Source of the DNA: Balanoglossus misakiensis
Lineage: Eukaryota > Animalia > Hemichordata
Direction: 5' to 3'
Length of the DNA: 64,000 nt
Assembly: GCA_040954595.2 (NCBI GenBank)
Contig: CM082576.2
Location: forward strand, 248,001-312,000
Part shown: positions 1 through 12,100 of the stretch, piece by piece
Numbering within the stretch: the stretch's first letter is position 1
Layout: each line of letters opens with the position of its first letter
Notes under the pieces: generated by a model
The model's input: the letters and a program-made list of their open reading frames with translations, nothing else
The model's database searches: none
What the model was told of the DNA's origin: nothing
Position numbers and translations under genes: made by a program

Positions 1-2617
1 CTATCAACCCACTACGTCAGTGATACGACAGGAAAATCGAACATCATGACGATTTTCTAGCGACCAGATTTTGTGAGATTTTAATTTGTGTATCAGTTCA
101 TGATCAGTTCGGCTTTTTGTCTTTTTCCTTTGAGTTACCCGTCCTATAGACGAAGGTGTGAAACTGTGTTACGTTCGATCCGTCTACGGCTATTGTCTAT
201 GAATGGAACTTCCCCCCGGAGACTAATAGCTTCTATTAGTGCACAATAACCTGTGTTTATCCTACGTCTCCCGTTCACGCAGTATTATTACCAATCCCCA
301 CACGCAGAATCGGAATCAGCTACTAGTATCTTTGGGCAAAACAGAAAAAATGACATGAGAAATCCAGTAACCGTTTTAATTATTCTCTTTGTTTTTATTG
401 AAAAGTACGCGGGCATCGTTGCCTGATGGTCATATCTTTCGATACGAGCAACGACGTCATTGCAGCGAAAGAAAATGAGTCGTTGGACGATTACCTGCTC
501 CAAAGAAGCTTAGGGGCGGTTTCTTTATGGGGTTTACATGTGGTTGGTCCGGACATAATTGCTGCTGCTTCGTATTTTTGCAAGCGATTCAAAGGCAAAT
601 TGGGTTCAAATACAGTTACAATGGCGTTTAGTGGTCTTCACCGTTGTCGCGTATAAACTTGCCAGTTTTTACATCCACTTCAGAAAAGCCCTCAAAAGTG
701 GTTCATTACCGAGAGGACCGATTAGCCATAGACGTTAAGTATGTTAAAAGCTTTCCCTTTCAGTGTGTTCGACCACAGATAGCCGGGCACCAGAACAATT
801 CCGTGAACAGGAGCTCCTACAAAAGATGACAATTTCTATTGTACCCTCATCAAAATAAACGGTGTGGCCATATACTGCCGGCTGTGTCTGAGATCTTTGC
901 TTCTGGCGAAAGTGATGTTCTACTATTCGAAACAAAAACCAACAATTTGAGACTCCCAGAGAGTGACGATAAATGCAGAATCACGATAAGATAACGTGAT
1001 TCTCATAGACCTGACAGAATTTGCTGCCATTTGTACAAATTCAAACTTCATCGTTCAACTTGCATCTACATCGGTGGAGGCGGGTCGTGGGGCTATGAGA
1101 GGTCACACGGTGACACCCCATCACATTAAATACTTCATCATACAAAATTGGATAATTTTGGTCAATTACTTAAAAAGAAGCAAACCGACCTGATTACAGA
1201 TGTGATCGCGAGTCCCTGTTGCTATGACAACACCAATCACTCGCCACTGTCTCGCAATTCCTGAGATGGATGTCCATGGTTGTCAAGTGCGATACTTTTA
1301 CGTTGATTTGTTGATTTACACTACTTTATATTTTTAAAATCTTGTAAAAAATGTTTAGCCTTACAGACTTTGTAATTGTATAGTTTGCACACGTACACCA
1401 ATATTCTTGCCATCAGCCCCCAAGCTAACTAGAAACTGTACAAGTCCTAACCGTACTTTTTACTGAAAAAAGACCCGCTTCTTTCTCCACACCATCGGTT
1501 GAATCGTTTCTAATTTGAGGTATGATTTCTGTTAAAATAGTATAATGAAATGCGATATTTGAGATCAAATTTATGTTGACAACGAAAACGAAATGGTGAC
1601 CATATGAAAGGCTGTCATTTTCCTTGGGTTTACGTGCAATTGAGATGATGAGTAGGACAGAAGAGATGTGTGGCTCTCAATAGAAGCAATGCCTGGTTCC
1701 AGCGCAAATATAAACAAACTTTTGAAATTATTAAATTAGATGTAATCAACGGAATGGTGTTGGCGAAACAACGTACAAAGACGGGTATACAGAAAGCGCG
1801 ATACGATGACGAAATGAAATCTTAGCCAATTTAGCGCCTTTGGTATACAAATGAGGCAGGGGCAGATATTAGCCTCTGTTGCTTATTCACCACACCGAAA
1901 TCGAACAATGGAAAAAAATCACCTACCATTTTACCGCTTTGTTAAAAATAAAGATACAACCACGGGAAGGAATGAATGACTGATCATCGGTTTCATCAAT
2001 GTGTTGCTTCTGGACATACAATGGAAAGGTGAAATCAACATTTCAAGAAAACAACATTTGAGTAGGAAAGCAAGTTGTACAGAAATATATAGTCTTTTCA
2101 TTCCTCTAATATCAGAGTTTCGTATCAGGTGGTGGAAGCTAAAACGAACACGATGGAAATTAATATTAGACACATTATTTTTGATATATCACGAATTATT
2201 TGAAACGATGAATACATCGATAGCGACGCCGGTGCCAGGTTGCTGTCCAGAAAATATTCGTCGTCCCGGCAACGGGCTCATCCATGCGGGCGCAATGAAG
2301 AGGACGCGCGCACCACATCATTACACGGTTTGGACAGTTTAATTGGTGACAGATCGAGTTAAGGACATTCAATTGTTTCCCGCGCCAGGGGAATTGTCGC
2401 ATTTCATGCCGCATTTGAAATATGATGCACAATCACCGACTTGTTCAGGATACGTACCGTTTTTCGCTCGTTGCCACTACCATGCCCCGTACAGGTTCGC
2501 ATCTGATATTTCATAAGATAACAAGCGTTAAATGGTTTCCCACTGCAGTTACTAGTACCTAATGTGCCGCAAACCTCACAAAACAATCGATTGGTCAGTC
2601 ACCGCACATTGCACGTT

Positions 2618-2620
<3 letters not shown>

Positions 2621-2682
<62 letters not shown>

Positions 2683-2699
2683 AGAGAGAGAGAGAGAGG

Positions 2700-2774
<75 letters not shown>

Positions 2775-2779
2775 GGAGA
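2621..2779 (+). repeat. (GA)n microsatellite interrupted by G runs
   Basis: Directly visible; source of the poly-ER/SL ORFs. Confidence 0.98.
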
Positions 2780-5700
2780 CAGAAAAAAGATTTTTACAGA
2801 AAAAATTAAGCGGAGACAAGTTGATACTTTTCTACACAATACACGGGATAGTAGTTATTTGCCAACACCCATACGAAATCCCCCTCTTTTGACTGTGTCT
2901 GTAGATAATTATATTCGTGAAATTCGATACCAGGACGGAAAACAAAGCGAAAAAACCGTTGAATGAACAGCCTCCTTGAAATCGTACATTACGAAATATT
3001 ACACAAAATGGTATTAAAAGACACAAGTAGATCTCTGCAGTGAAAAAGTACACCATTAACTTGTAAGTTTTCTTTTTGTAAGGGGGATAAGTTTCAATGT
3101 TTGTCCAGGTGTTTGGGGAATCTACCCAGCAGTAGATTGGCTCACACAATTGACCCTTTACGTCAAAGACGACAGCAAAATACAGGCCAGACAAAGGCAT
3201 TTCAAGAAGAAGATCTGAAAGTGCCTGGAAACGCAGGTTGTTTTTCTTCGTTTTGACTTGCAGTAGCGTCACAACCAGTTATCGAATCTTCAAATATTCT
3301 TGTTCTGTCAGCGCATGTATCTACCGCCTTGTCAGAGACGCCCGTTATAACACACAGCGAGCGTAGATTTGCATCGCATTTTCCCTGAGCATATGGGGGT
3401 CTATTACGTGCCAAGTAAAATGCTTGGGGACAATTTTAATAGCAGAGACAAATGCCGTTGTATCCCCGAGAGCAGATCGCTGCTGAAATGGACAATTGTT
3501 TTACAACGCCGACATAATTTATATTCAGTAAATCTACACACAAAGTAGGCTTTGGCTCGTTCCTATTTTTATCACATATGTTGAAAATTATGACCATTTA
3601 GGCCTAAAGCCGAACGGAAAACAGGAAGGCACGATTGTTTTAAAACGCGTCGTCGCTTCACTTTAAATCGCGTCACCTAGAAAAAAAGCAGTGATTGGCA
3701 TGCTCAACATTCCATCCGAGCAAATTTGTTAAAACATAATATAATGTATGTCCCATATGAATGTAGCATATATTCTGTGAATAACATAAGTGTTTATTCA
3801 ACGATTTGTTGTGTACAGACAGTATTGTGCGTATCCTAATATTCCAATGCACAAGCAGTCTCGTTTAGTTACACAGGGTAAATATGTGAGTTTTGGCACA
3901 GACAAGGGGTTTTTCTAACTTCTGAACCGGTCAGGATTTTGCCAGGTGTCTTGGCACACTGCACAGATGGGCGGTACAAGGCTAGATCAGAGTCGATGTA
4001 CGTCTTTGAATGAACCGTCAAAGACCGTACAAAGTGTGAATGGGGACAAGATAACCCTCTTGACACTTTATTCTCTGAACCCAGATGCCATGCATCCGTC
4101 CTACGGTATTGTCTTACGAGAGGAGGGGAAAATGAAATGACGGCGTCGGCACAAGTTTGGATGACTTCCGGGGCACATGATTTGTGACTGTGAACGACGT
4201 AACAATGGCCGTGATGTCGCTGCCTTTGCGATACGGATGTCAACAACCTGCAACGCAGTCGCAGCGTGTGGATTATCCGTTTGGGGTTTTACCCCCTGGG
4301 CCCGACTTTTGTCTCGCACACCGACTCATCTGACTGTCTTCGTTTTGAAAAAAATCGGACAAGACAACTGTATACCGCTGTTAGTTCCGGATGAAATAAC
4401 TGGCGCTCTCGTAATGGTTATCGTCTGAAATAAATAAAACAAAACAAATAGCGACTCGACCGTGAATAACCTTTCCCGGTACCAGTTTTCGCGCGGGGAG
4501 AAAAAAGACCAAGAAAAAAGCCTACCATCCCGTCAAAAATGTTACTTTTATTACACTAGACCACGTGGAGTAGAGGCATTCTTGCTGAGTTGACTCAACG
4601 CGAGTACCTTTTGACCCCACTAGTCGGCCTAGTAATAAATATAGTGTACAGTATAGGGATTATATGCAAGCAAATTGAAGCTAGAAATATAAACATCGAG
4701 TATTTGGCCAAGAGAAGTAATGATAGCTCAGGTACACAGGGTCCAATTGTGGTCTATTTGACCAACGTTTAGTGGGGCATACACGCAAACATTGTATAAC
4801 AATCAAAGTGACGTCAGAGTGTTGTAAAAAAACCGACCGACAAAACTAGTGCAGGCTGCGGTCACAACAGTGAATATTCTAACGAAACTTAGTGCACAAG
4901 TTGAATAAACATAATAACAATCATGAAATATTTTCTTCTTCTGGGTTATTTTGCCTAGAATGAATGCATCCTTGAATACTGTTGTATTATGAGAAACGGA
5001 TTGAATTTCTGGTTCATAATATACGGCATTTTTAAGCGTTGTAAACAGGTGAACGCTTTCACACTAGATTTCAGTTCGTTGTTCTGTTTTAGACTGTGCG
5101 CACGAATACCATTGATATTGGCAGGCATTAAGGAGAGAAGGACGGTATCGATTTAAAAAGCGCTGAAAAGCACCCCGTGTTCTTTATAATTCATCGACAA
5201 ATTGGCATTGTTTCCAGGAGGGCGCTCTTTCCGACCCTTTCACTCGGTTCCAAATCGCTTTACTATTGCCGCGCGAGAGAGAATTAAGGGGCGTGCCCAC
5301 ACGACTGACTCATCACATGGCAATTGCTGGCGACATCTGCACCTTGGCAAGCTTGGGTACTGTTGATTGACACCGAGCGACTTTCCTAATTAATGTGGGT
5401 AAACAATCGCAGAAATGAGAATAACAAATTCTAAAGCGGGAAATCACCTGCGGACCGCCCATTTCGGGAAACGCGACGGCAAAGGGCGCACCATTAGTCT
5501 GAAATAAGCGAACCCACGTTTTGGTTCAAAAAGTACTGTTTAAATCGTGCAAAATGTTAGTCCTGGTAGTTCCCTCTCCACGGCGGCAATAATTGACAAA
5601 TAGTAAACGAAGGTACTTTTTATTGGCATTTATTTCGAAAACAAGCACTCTATTTTACTTTGCTTTATTCTTTCATTGAGAAAAAGAAAAAGGAACAAAT

Positions 5701-6554
5701 AGACTAATCGAAGATCCAATACACGCCATCGACACATTAGCATTTACTCACGAGAAGTTGTTTCTACTAGTAATCGCTGTGGCAACAAAAAGGCGGAGAC
5801 CCATTTTCATTAGTACTTTTATCACAGATGACGACAATCTTTACATGCGATTGTGTTGGAAAGTCACAGTAAAGTCGATATAGAACTTGATACTGGAATC
5901 CAATGCTGCAATTATTGGCACACTCTAAGTTGAATCTTTAAATATTTCATTCGGCTCAATTATTAGTTTAAAAGGCTGTGTGAAAACAACGAACTTTATT
6001 GTAGCCCACCATATGATGCACCCACAACATGTTGGACTCGACGTCGACATAACACCCCCCCCCTCCCAGTTACAATCGTCCCGAAGAAGAATTCGTCAAA
6101 ATGACGAAACGTGCTCTCGCATAATGCAATGAAAACAATAGAACTCCACACAGGGTGTGTGACGTCATACGCCAGTATTCTAATGAGGCATTTAGAAAAA
6201 TGAGCGATTTCCAGACTTTGCGACCTCCAGAGTACATTTTGTTCATGCCTAGTTATTGCATGTGAAACGTTTCCATTTTATAAAATGTAGGTAAATGAGA
6301 CCGGATTGCGAATCGGTGAACGTGGAGACAAATGTTATAGAAAGTTTTAAAGGGGACTAGCATAAGTGTTTTTTGGTCCCTTGTCCATTCCACGGTCACC
6401 TATCGAAATAATGATGTTTGTCTTTTGTGTATGTTCTCATGTTTGTTTGCACGTCTCGGTTGATGGACAGCTTGTAATGGCAAAGTGCTCGAATGCTGTT
6501 CCAGGTAGTGGGCGGTGCGTACCTGAAACGTGTCAATAGCACTTCGTATCGCGG

Positions 6555-6700
6555 CATCTGATTGGCCAATCACACAATACAATGGGGCGGGACACGTCAA
6601 TTTACCAACGTCAAGCGTATTTACCTAGCTCGACCTGTGCTGGCTCTTATTTAGCTTGCCATATAATCAGTACAACTTGGAGTATCGTGACAGTTTTATC
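6555..6700 (+). promoter_or_regulatory. Probable foxA core/proximal promoter
   Basis: Perfect palindrome TGATTGGCCAATCA (6559-6572, CCAAT box on both strands), GC box GGGGCGGG (6584-6591), TATA-like TATAAT (6662-6667) and Inr-like CAGTT about 30 bp later (about 6691), roughly 90 nt upstream of the ATG. Confidence 0.65.
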
Positions 6701-6778
6701 ACTGTAGAGTGCCGCGAGTGAGAGAGAGAGAGACAGAACTGGAGAGAAAGACAGAGATAGCCATAATCACTCGACAGT

Positions 6779-8023
6779 ATGATGCTTTCACCCAAGGCAA
6801 CCTACCCCACCGCGACAGCCACCACCATGAATTCGATGGGTAACATGGGCAATATGAACACTCAAATGCAGTACAGTTCGACGATGCCAGGAGGGATGAG
6901 CTCGATAAACTCGTATTCTATGCCGGCCATGAATCACAACATGGGTAGTATGAACAGTATGAACTCTATGTCGTCAATGAATACCATGAACATGAACACT
7001 ATGGGCTCCATGAACGCCATGACTGGCTCACCTGCCATGAACATGGAGTTGGCGAGAGCAAACTCACTTGCGAACCAGATGAGCGCTGTGAACAGGGCGA
7101 GGACGGACAACAAGACATATCGTAGATCGTACACGCACGCCAAACCTCCGTACTCGTACATTTCACTCATCACCATGGCCATTCAAAGCTCACCAAACAA
7201 GATGGTAACCCTCAGCGATATCTACCAGTTTATCATGGATCTTTTCCCGTTCTACAGACAGAACCAACAGCGTTGGCAGAACTCTATACGACACAGCTTG
7301 TCTTTCAACGATTGCTTCTTGAAAGTCCCGCGCACGCCCGATCGACCAGGTAAGGGGAGCTTTTGGACTCTCCACCCGGACTCCGGTAACATGTTCGAGA
7401 ACGGATGCTACCTCCGGCGCCAGAAGCGTTTCAAGTGTCCCAAAAAGGAAGCAACGAAGGTACCGCACAAAACAGAGGGGGGTCACCACGAAGGCGGCGA
7501 ACACGATCAGCAACACAGTCCAAGCACAACGGCGGCCAACAGTACCGACACGACAGTAACACCGCCGTCGCTCAACAGCATGGCCGGCGGCACGGTTACC
7601 CCTCAGCATACGCACCATCAACAGGCACCACCGCAGCTCCTACAGCCGAAAGTCGAGCCACAAACCATGTCACCACCCCCAACCAGCATGTCCACCAGTA
7701 TGGCGAGTAGCATGCCAATGACAATGCAAAGACCAATTCCACAACAAGCGCTGGTGGCAGGAGTCGGAGCACCCATGCTTGGGCCAGGTCAGCACCCTTC
7801 ATTTAACCACCCTTTCTCCATTAACAACCTTATGTCGGCGGCTGAACACAGCAAAGTTTACGAGGCTATGGGCTATACCGGGTACAACTCCATGAACCCC
7901 ATGTCAGGCATGCCAAAGCATTCGATGGAGCAAACCGGGTACACCAATCTTACTCCGAGCGAACCGTCGTACAGTCAACTCACGACGCCGCCACATTCCA
8001 CCCATAACAGTATTACACATTAA
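6779..8023 (+). CDS. foxA: FoxA-class forkhead (HNF3/fork head) transcription factor, 414 aa, uninterrupted ORF
   Basis: Forkhead domain with the FoxA signature ([25 protein letters not shown]...[15 protein letters not shown]...[30 protein letters not shown], about 7110-7440). FoxA region II/EH1 motif [11 protein letters not shown] (about 7805-7837). Met/Asn/Ser-rich N-terminus starting MMLSPK. Confidence 0.98.
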   Translation: MMLSPKATYPTATATTMNSMGNMGNMNTQMQYSSTMPGGMSSINSYSMPAMNHNMGSMNSMNSMSSMNTMNMNTMGSMNAMTGSPAMNMELARANSLANQMSAVNRARTDNKTYRRSYTHAKPPYSYISLITMAIQSSPNKMVTLSDIYQFIMDLFPFYRQNQQRWQNSIRHSLSFNDCFLKVPRTPDRPGKGSFWTLHPDSGNMFENGCYLRRQKRFKCPKKEATKVPHKTEGGHHEGGEHDQQHSPSTTAANSTDTTVTPPSLNSMAGGTVTPQHTHHQQAPPQLLQPKVEPQTMSPPPTSMSTSMASSMPMTMQRPIPQQALVAGVGAPMLGPGQHPSFNHPFSINNLMSAAEHSKVYEAMGYTGYNSMNPMSGMPKHSMEQTGYTNLTPSEPSYSQLTTPPHSTHNSITH

Positions 8024-9116
8024 CTCGCTCGAACTCCGTTGTGAAGTTTGCATGCACCACCTTCCAAGCTCCGTTGTTGGTGACCCACCCGTTTTTGAAC
8101 GACTCTCCTTCTCCTACTTGATAAACCAAAATGTATATTGTTCGGAAAAGCAGGGCAAAAACCCAGACATCTCCTCCACTATATCTCTTTGCTTAGACTA
8201 TACCTCGTCAGGGACATATTGGGATATTGGTGAGACAATTTGAACTGATATATTTATTTTATGGCTTTTACCTTACAGAGAGTTACTATGACCCACCTCT
8301 GATCAGATGGTAGGTGCAAGATTCCAGAACGAATTTATCTCATTACAGACTGTATGTAAGCAAAAGAGAGCAGGGCGAATTTGACTATGAAAGTTGTACT
8401 TTAATGTTGAAACGAATCATTCCTTGATCGACGAAATCGTTCTTATTTTGGTTTTATTTTGGAAATTATTTGTTGTGCTCTCTTTACTTGTGAAGTTTGT
8501 CCTTAAAACACAACCAGTGGTTCTTTGCTGATATTTATTTAATATTGTTATATTTTGTTAGACTTTTAGTTTTTGTCTATATATTTTAGATAGGATTTAG
8601 TATGCTTTGTGATGATCGTCGTTTGTTGAGTGTATGTACACGTATACTCACCACTGTTTAGTGTATTTGTGGTAACAACGGCCACTCACGTGGTAATTTA
8701 TCGGATCCATTTCGAAGTGCAAATGTTTGAAAAACGTCCTAGGTGAAATTAGACTTTTGTGTCACCGTGGAATGTGACCGACAAATCAACTCACAGGTTT
8801 ACATTTGTTTTGTTTTTCTTTTAAAAGTGAATTTTTGACTGATTTTTCCAGTCAGATTTGGGGCAATCTATTGATTTTTTAATGATTTATTTCAACTCTC
8901 AGTAGCTTCGACTTTCTTTGTACTGAAAAATGGCAACCTGGTAGGGTTAATATATTTTTCTGTCAAGTTTCAAAACTTCGCTGAAGATTTCTTTTGGAGT
9001 CTATGTGCCAAACGTTCGTGAAACTTAACTTTCTATACTGTACTAGTGCGGCAGACAATTTTTTCAAGTTTTAAAAAAGACACCTCCGTGCTTGTTCTTT
9101 TAAATCTATTTGATAA

Positions 9117-9122
9117 ATTAAA
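9117..9122 (+). terminator. Candidate foxA polyadenylation signal (ATTAAA)
   Basis: Lies at the end of a roughly 1.1 kb T-rich 3'UTR-like stretch and is followed by a GT-rich element (about 9163-9190). Variant hexamer; unconfirmed. Confidence 0.35.
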
Positions 9123-12100
9123 GTTTCACAGACTTAAGTTTTATTGTTAAAATGGAATCGGCTTGTCTGTTTTGTAGCTGTGTTTGCGACTGGTTTGACT
9201 CGGCAAGTGTGAAGGGAAACGGTGTTGATGGCGTCATCGTACTTCCTGTCCGCGAAATATTCGCTGTTTTCGAGAGAGATTGAAATGTGCGCGGGAATTG
9301 GTACGTGTGTACTATAGTGTGTACCTTCTGTTGGAAGGTCTCGTCCTTCTTGTTTGCCCTGGCTGACAGTCGGCCTAAACAGCATTGAAAGCGGCAAAAG
9401 AAGCTATCTATCACCATTGAGCGTTGCTAGGCTGGGTGGAGGTTACGGCGGAGTTTTCTGATATCGCACCAGATAAAGAAATTAATGATTAACCAAACCC
9501 AATAAGGGCAAATCATATTTGGCCATCTTTTGATCGCCCGATTAGGTCGACTACTAAGCGACCTTCTAACCCGGTGACGTAGAGTTTACCAAACCAGCAC
9601 GTCATGTCCAGTCATCTAGCTGATTATCCCCCACAACAAACAGGAAAGAAAAATTCGCGTTTCTCCCCAGAATTTTAGAATACCCAACACCTTAGTCATT
9701 GTAGCAGAGACACGTTTATTTTCGTGTCATTGCTCAAGTAGTTGTCGGTTTGTCGTCTAAACTGACAAGGGCTGTTCTTTCAGGACTCACTGTGGCAGCG
9801 AAAATACAAACAAATCCTATCCGCGAGTGTCAATATATTCGAATGTTAGCATATACAGTCACGAGAGCTTCAGAACAGTGTGAAGTACGGTCAAATGGCA
9901 ACAAAACCCCATAGTCGCGGTGTACTGTTTCCCCGTGCATCGATTTTGACACGTTGAAATTTTCACCATTGCAGTTTACCACTCTGAGGCACTCTTGTTA
10001 TTGGAAAACAGACACCCGGACTTCGTTCACCGATTCCCGCCAAATTTTCAATCCCACGACGTAACATTAACGTCAAAACTCGACAACTTTGAAGTAATCG
10101 TGTGGACAGCATGGTCAATATTTGTAAAATTGTTGATAACACTTGTCTGTTTCAATCTCAACATAAAGGGGTCGAATATAGTTAATATAGGGAATCGATA
10201 TAGACTATTTCAAAAAGGTTTATTTTCGAAACAGAAATGCGAGTCATCAATTTTTTTTATAAGAGTTTAATGTTAGCACTAGAAACAGGGAAGGGAGACC
10301 TGTTTCGTTTATGTTCTGTGTGAATCGGGTGACGGGAAATCGTCCGGGACAGCGTGCACAGCTTGTGCAACTCTGTGTAGCCTGATATCCATACCTACTT
10401 ATCTACTTAGAAGGGCATTCACAGGCCGGTACCTGTGATCAACAGGTCCGATTTTAAAAACAAAACGCTGACAAATCGCCTTTTCCTCGGGCCGCGGAGT
10501 GTAAAATTACTGCGGAAAATTACCCGACCACCTTTTAAAATAGTCATAACCGCGGTGTCGACACCGCAAAAAGGAAGTGATCTAACCTGCGTTCAACGCC
10601 CTGCGAACGTGAAAAAGAGACGATCTTACACATTCTAAGCTCGTTTTCTCCAGCAAACTGAAATTTCACAGTCGTACACCGTCGTATCACGCTGTAATTG
10701 TAAAAAGATGAGTATCCATAGTTGATAGGGCAAATCCTATCATTCGTTTAATCAATGGCTAGTAGAAAACGATGAGACGCGGTTTCGTATTATAAGCTTG
10801 ATTTCGTACTTGCGCTGTCATTTTCAGTCAACAGAATCACCCCCGCTTATCTCGCCCCTACACGGAATCCCTATGCACCCACACCCCTGAGCAAACGTTA
10901 CTGAATGACAAAAACTAAAGGGTGAATCTTTGCCCGTGTTTGTGAGCAACCGACCACGGTTGTGAAAAATGAACAAACGCGGTATGTACTCTATGCATGT
11001 AGGTATATAGGGTGGTACTAAGTGCTGGTTTCTGTTATTTCGAAGCTCGAGCTGTAAGGTCTCAACTGGCCACGCTGAAGGGGGAAACACATAGCAAATA
11101 TTTTGGGTAATCGCTTCTCTCGTACCCTGCACAGAGTGTGTATGTTTAGTCATATATCACCGACGCGATATTGTACACCTGTGTCACCATATGACGTTAT
11201 CCCCAAGTACACTGTCACACCCGTAGTAATTCTGTCTCCAAACCGGCAAAAATGTGCATTATGAGTCCTTCCATATAGTATGGCAGTGCCGTGGACACAC
11301 AATGTCGTGAGCAAGAGTTGAGTGTTCAGTATGCGTCCTCTCGCTGGTTTTGTAAATTCTGAAAACAACGCAAAATCGTCTAATTTTCTGTGTCAACACA
11401 GGCGATTGTGTTGTTGAAACGGCAATTTCGTCATTTAGATGACTCCCAGCGACCGAGTTCGGAAAACGTATTGTTGGATTTTATGTAGGTTGCTGTTCAA
11501 AATTTCACACAGGGTTACACCGACCCAGGTCGACTGATTTGAGGTTAGGCCTACACTGAAAAATATTGCTCGTCTGCCGCGGCTGCGCTTAGCCGCCGGG
11601 CTCTTGGAGTGCTTATGCAAAATGGGCCCTCGAGCACGGTGATCCGTGTCGTGGACAGTACCCACTATTTTGAGTCTGGAGCTAAATAAAATGAAACAGT
11701 ATACACCATTGGTCTGAGTACCATGCAAAATATGGACGAACGGGATCATATGACTTATTCGGTGTTCACTAGGCAAACAGAACCAGTAATTCGTAACACT
11801 GGCTGTTTGCATATTCCAAGAACCTGGCAATAGAACATGTAGTCAGTTGCCACGAATTTAACTTGAAAATGTGTGCTATTTTTATTTTCTGTAAATCACC
11901 AATATATCGACCTGTCATATTTTTTGTATTATTTCGAAATTGTAAAACATAATAATTCTCTATGGGTATACGGTTGAAATTACCGACATTCTTGTGAAAA
12001 CTGCAGCAACAATTATATATTGAGATCACGTGAAGTATATTCGTGTCGCGATTCCATGTCTACCTGTCATACTAGAAATCAACACCTCGATTTCCAGTCA

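Noticed and set aside
2562-2966. ORFs encoding poly-ER / poly-SL
   Set aside because: Translation artefacts of the (GA)n microsatellite.
6934-7802. Antisense and alternate-frame ORFs overlapping foxA
   Set aside because: Shadow ORFs expected from the codon structure of a real CDS; no recognisable domain.
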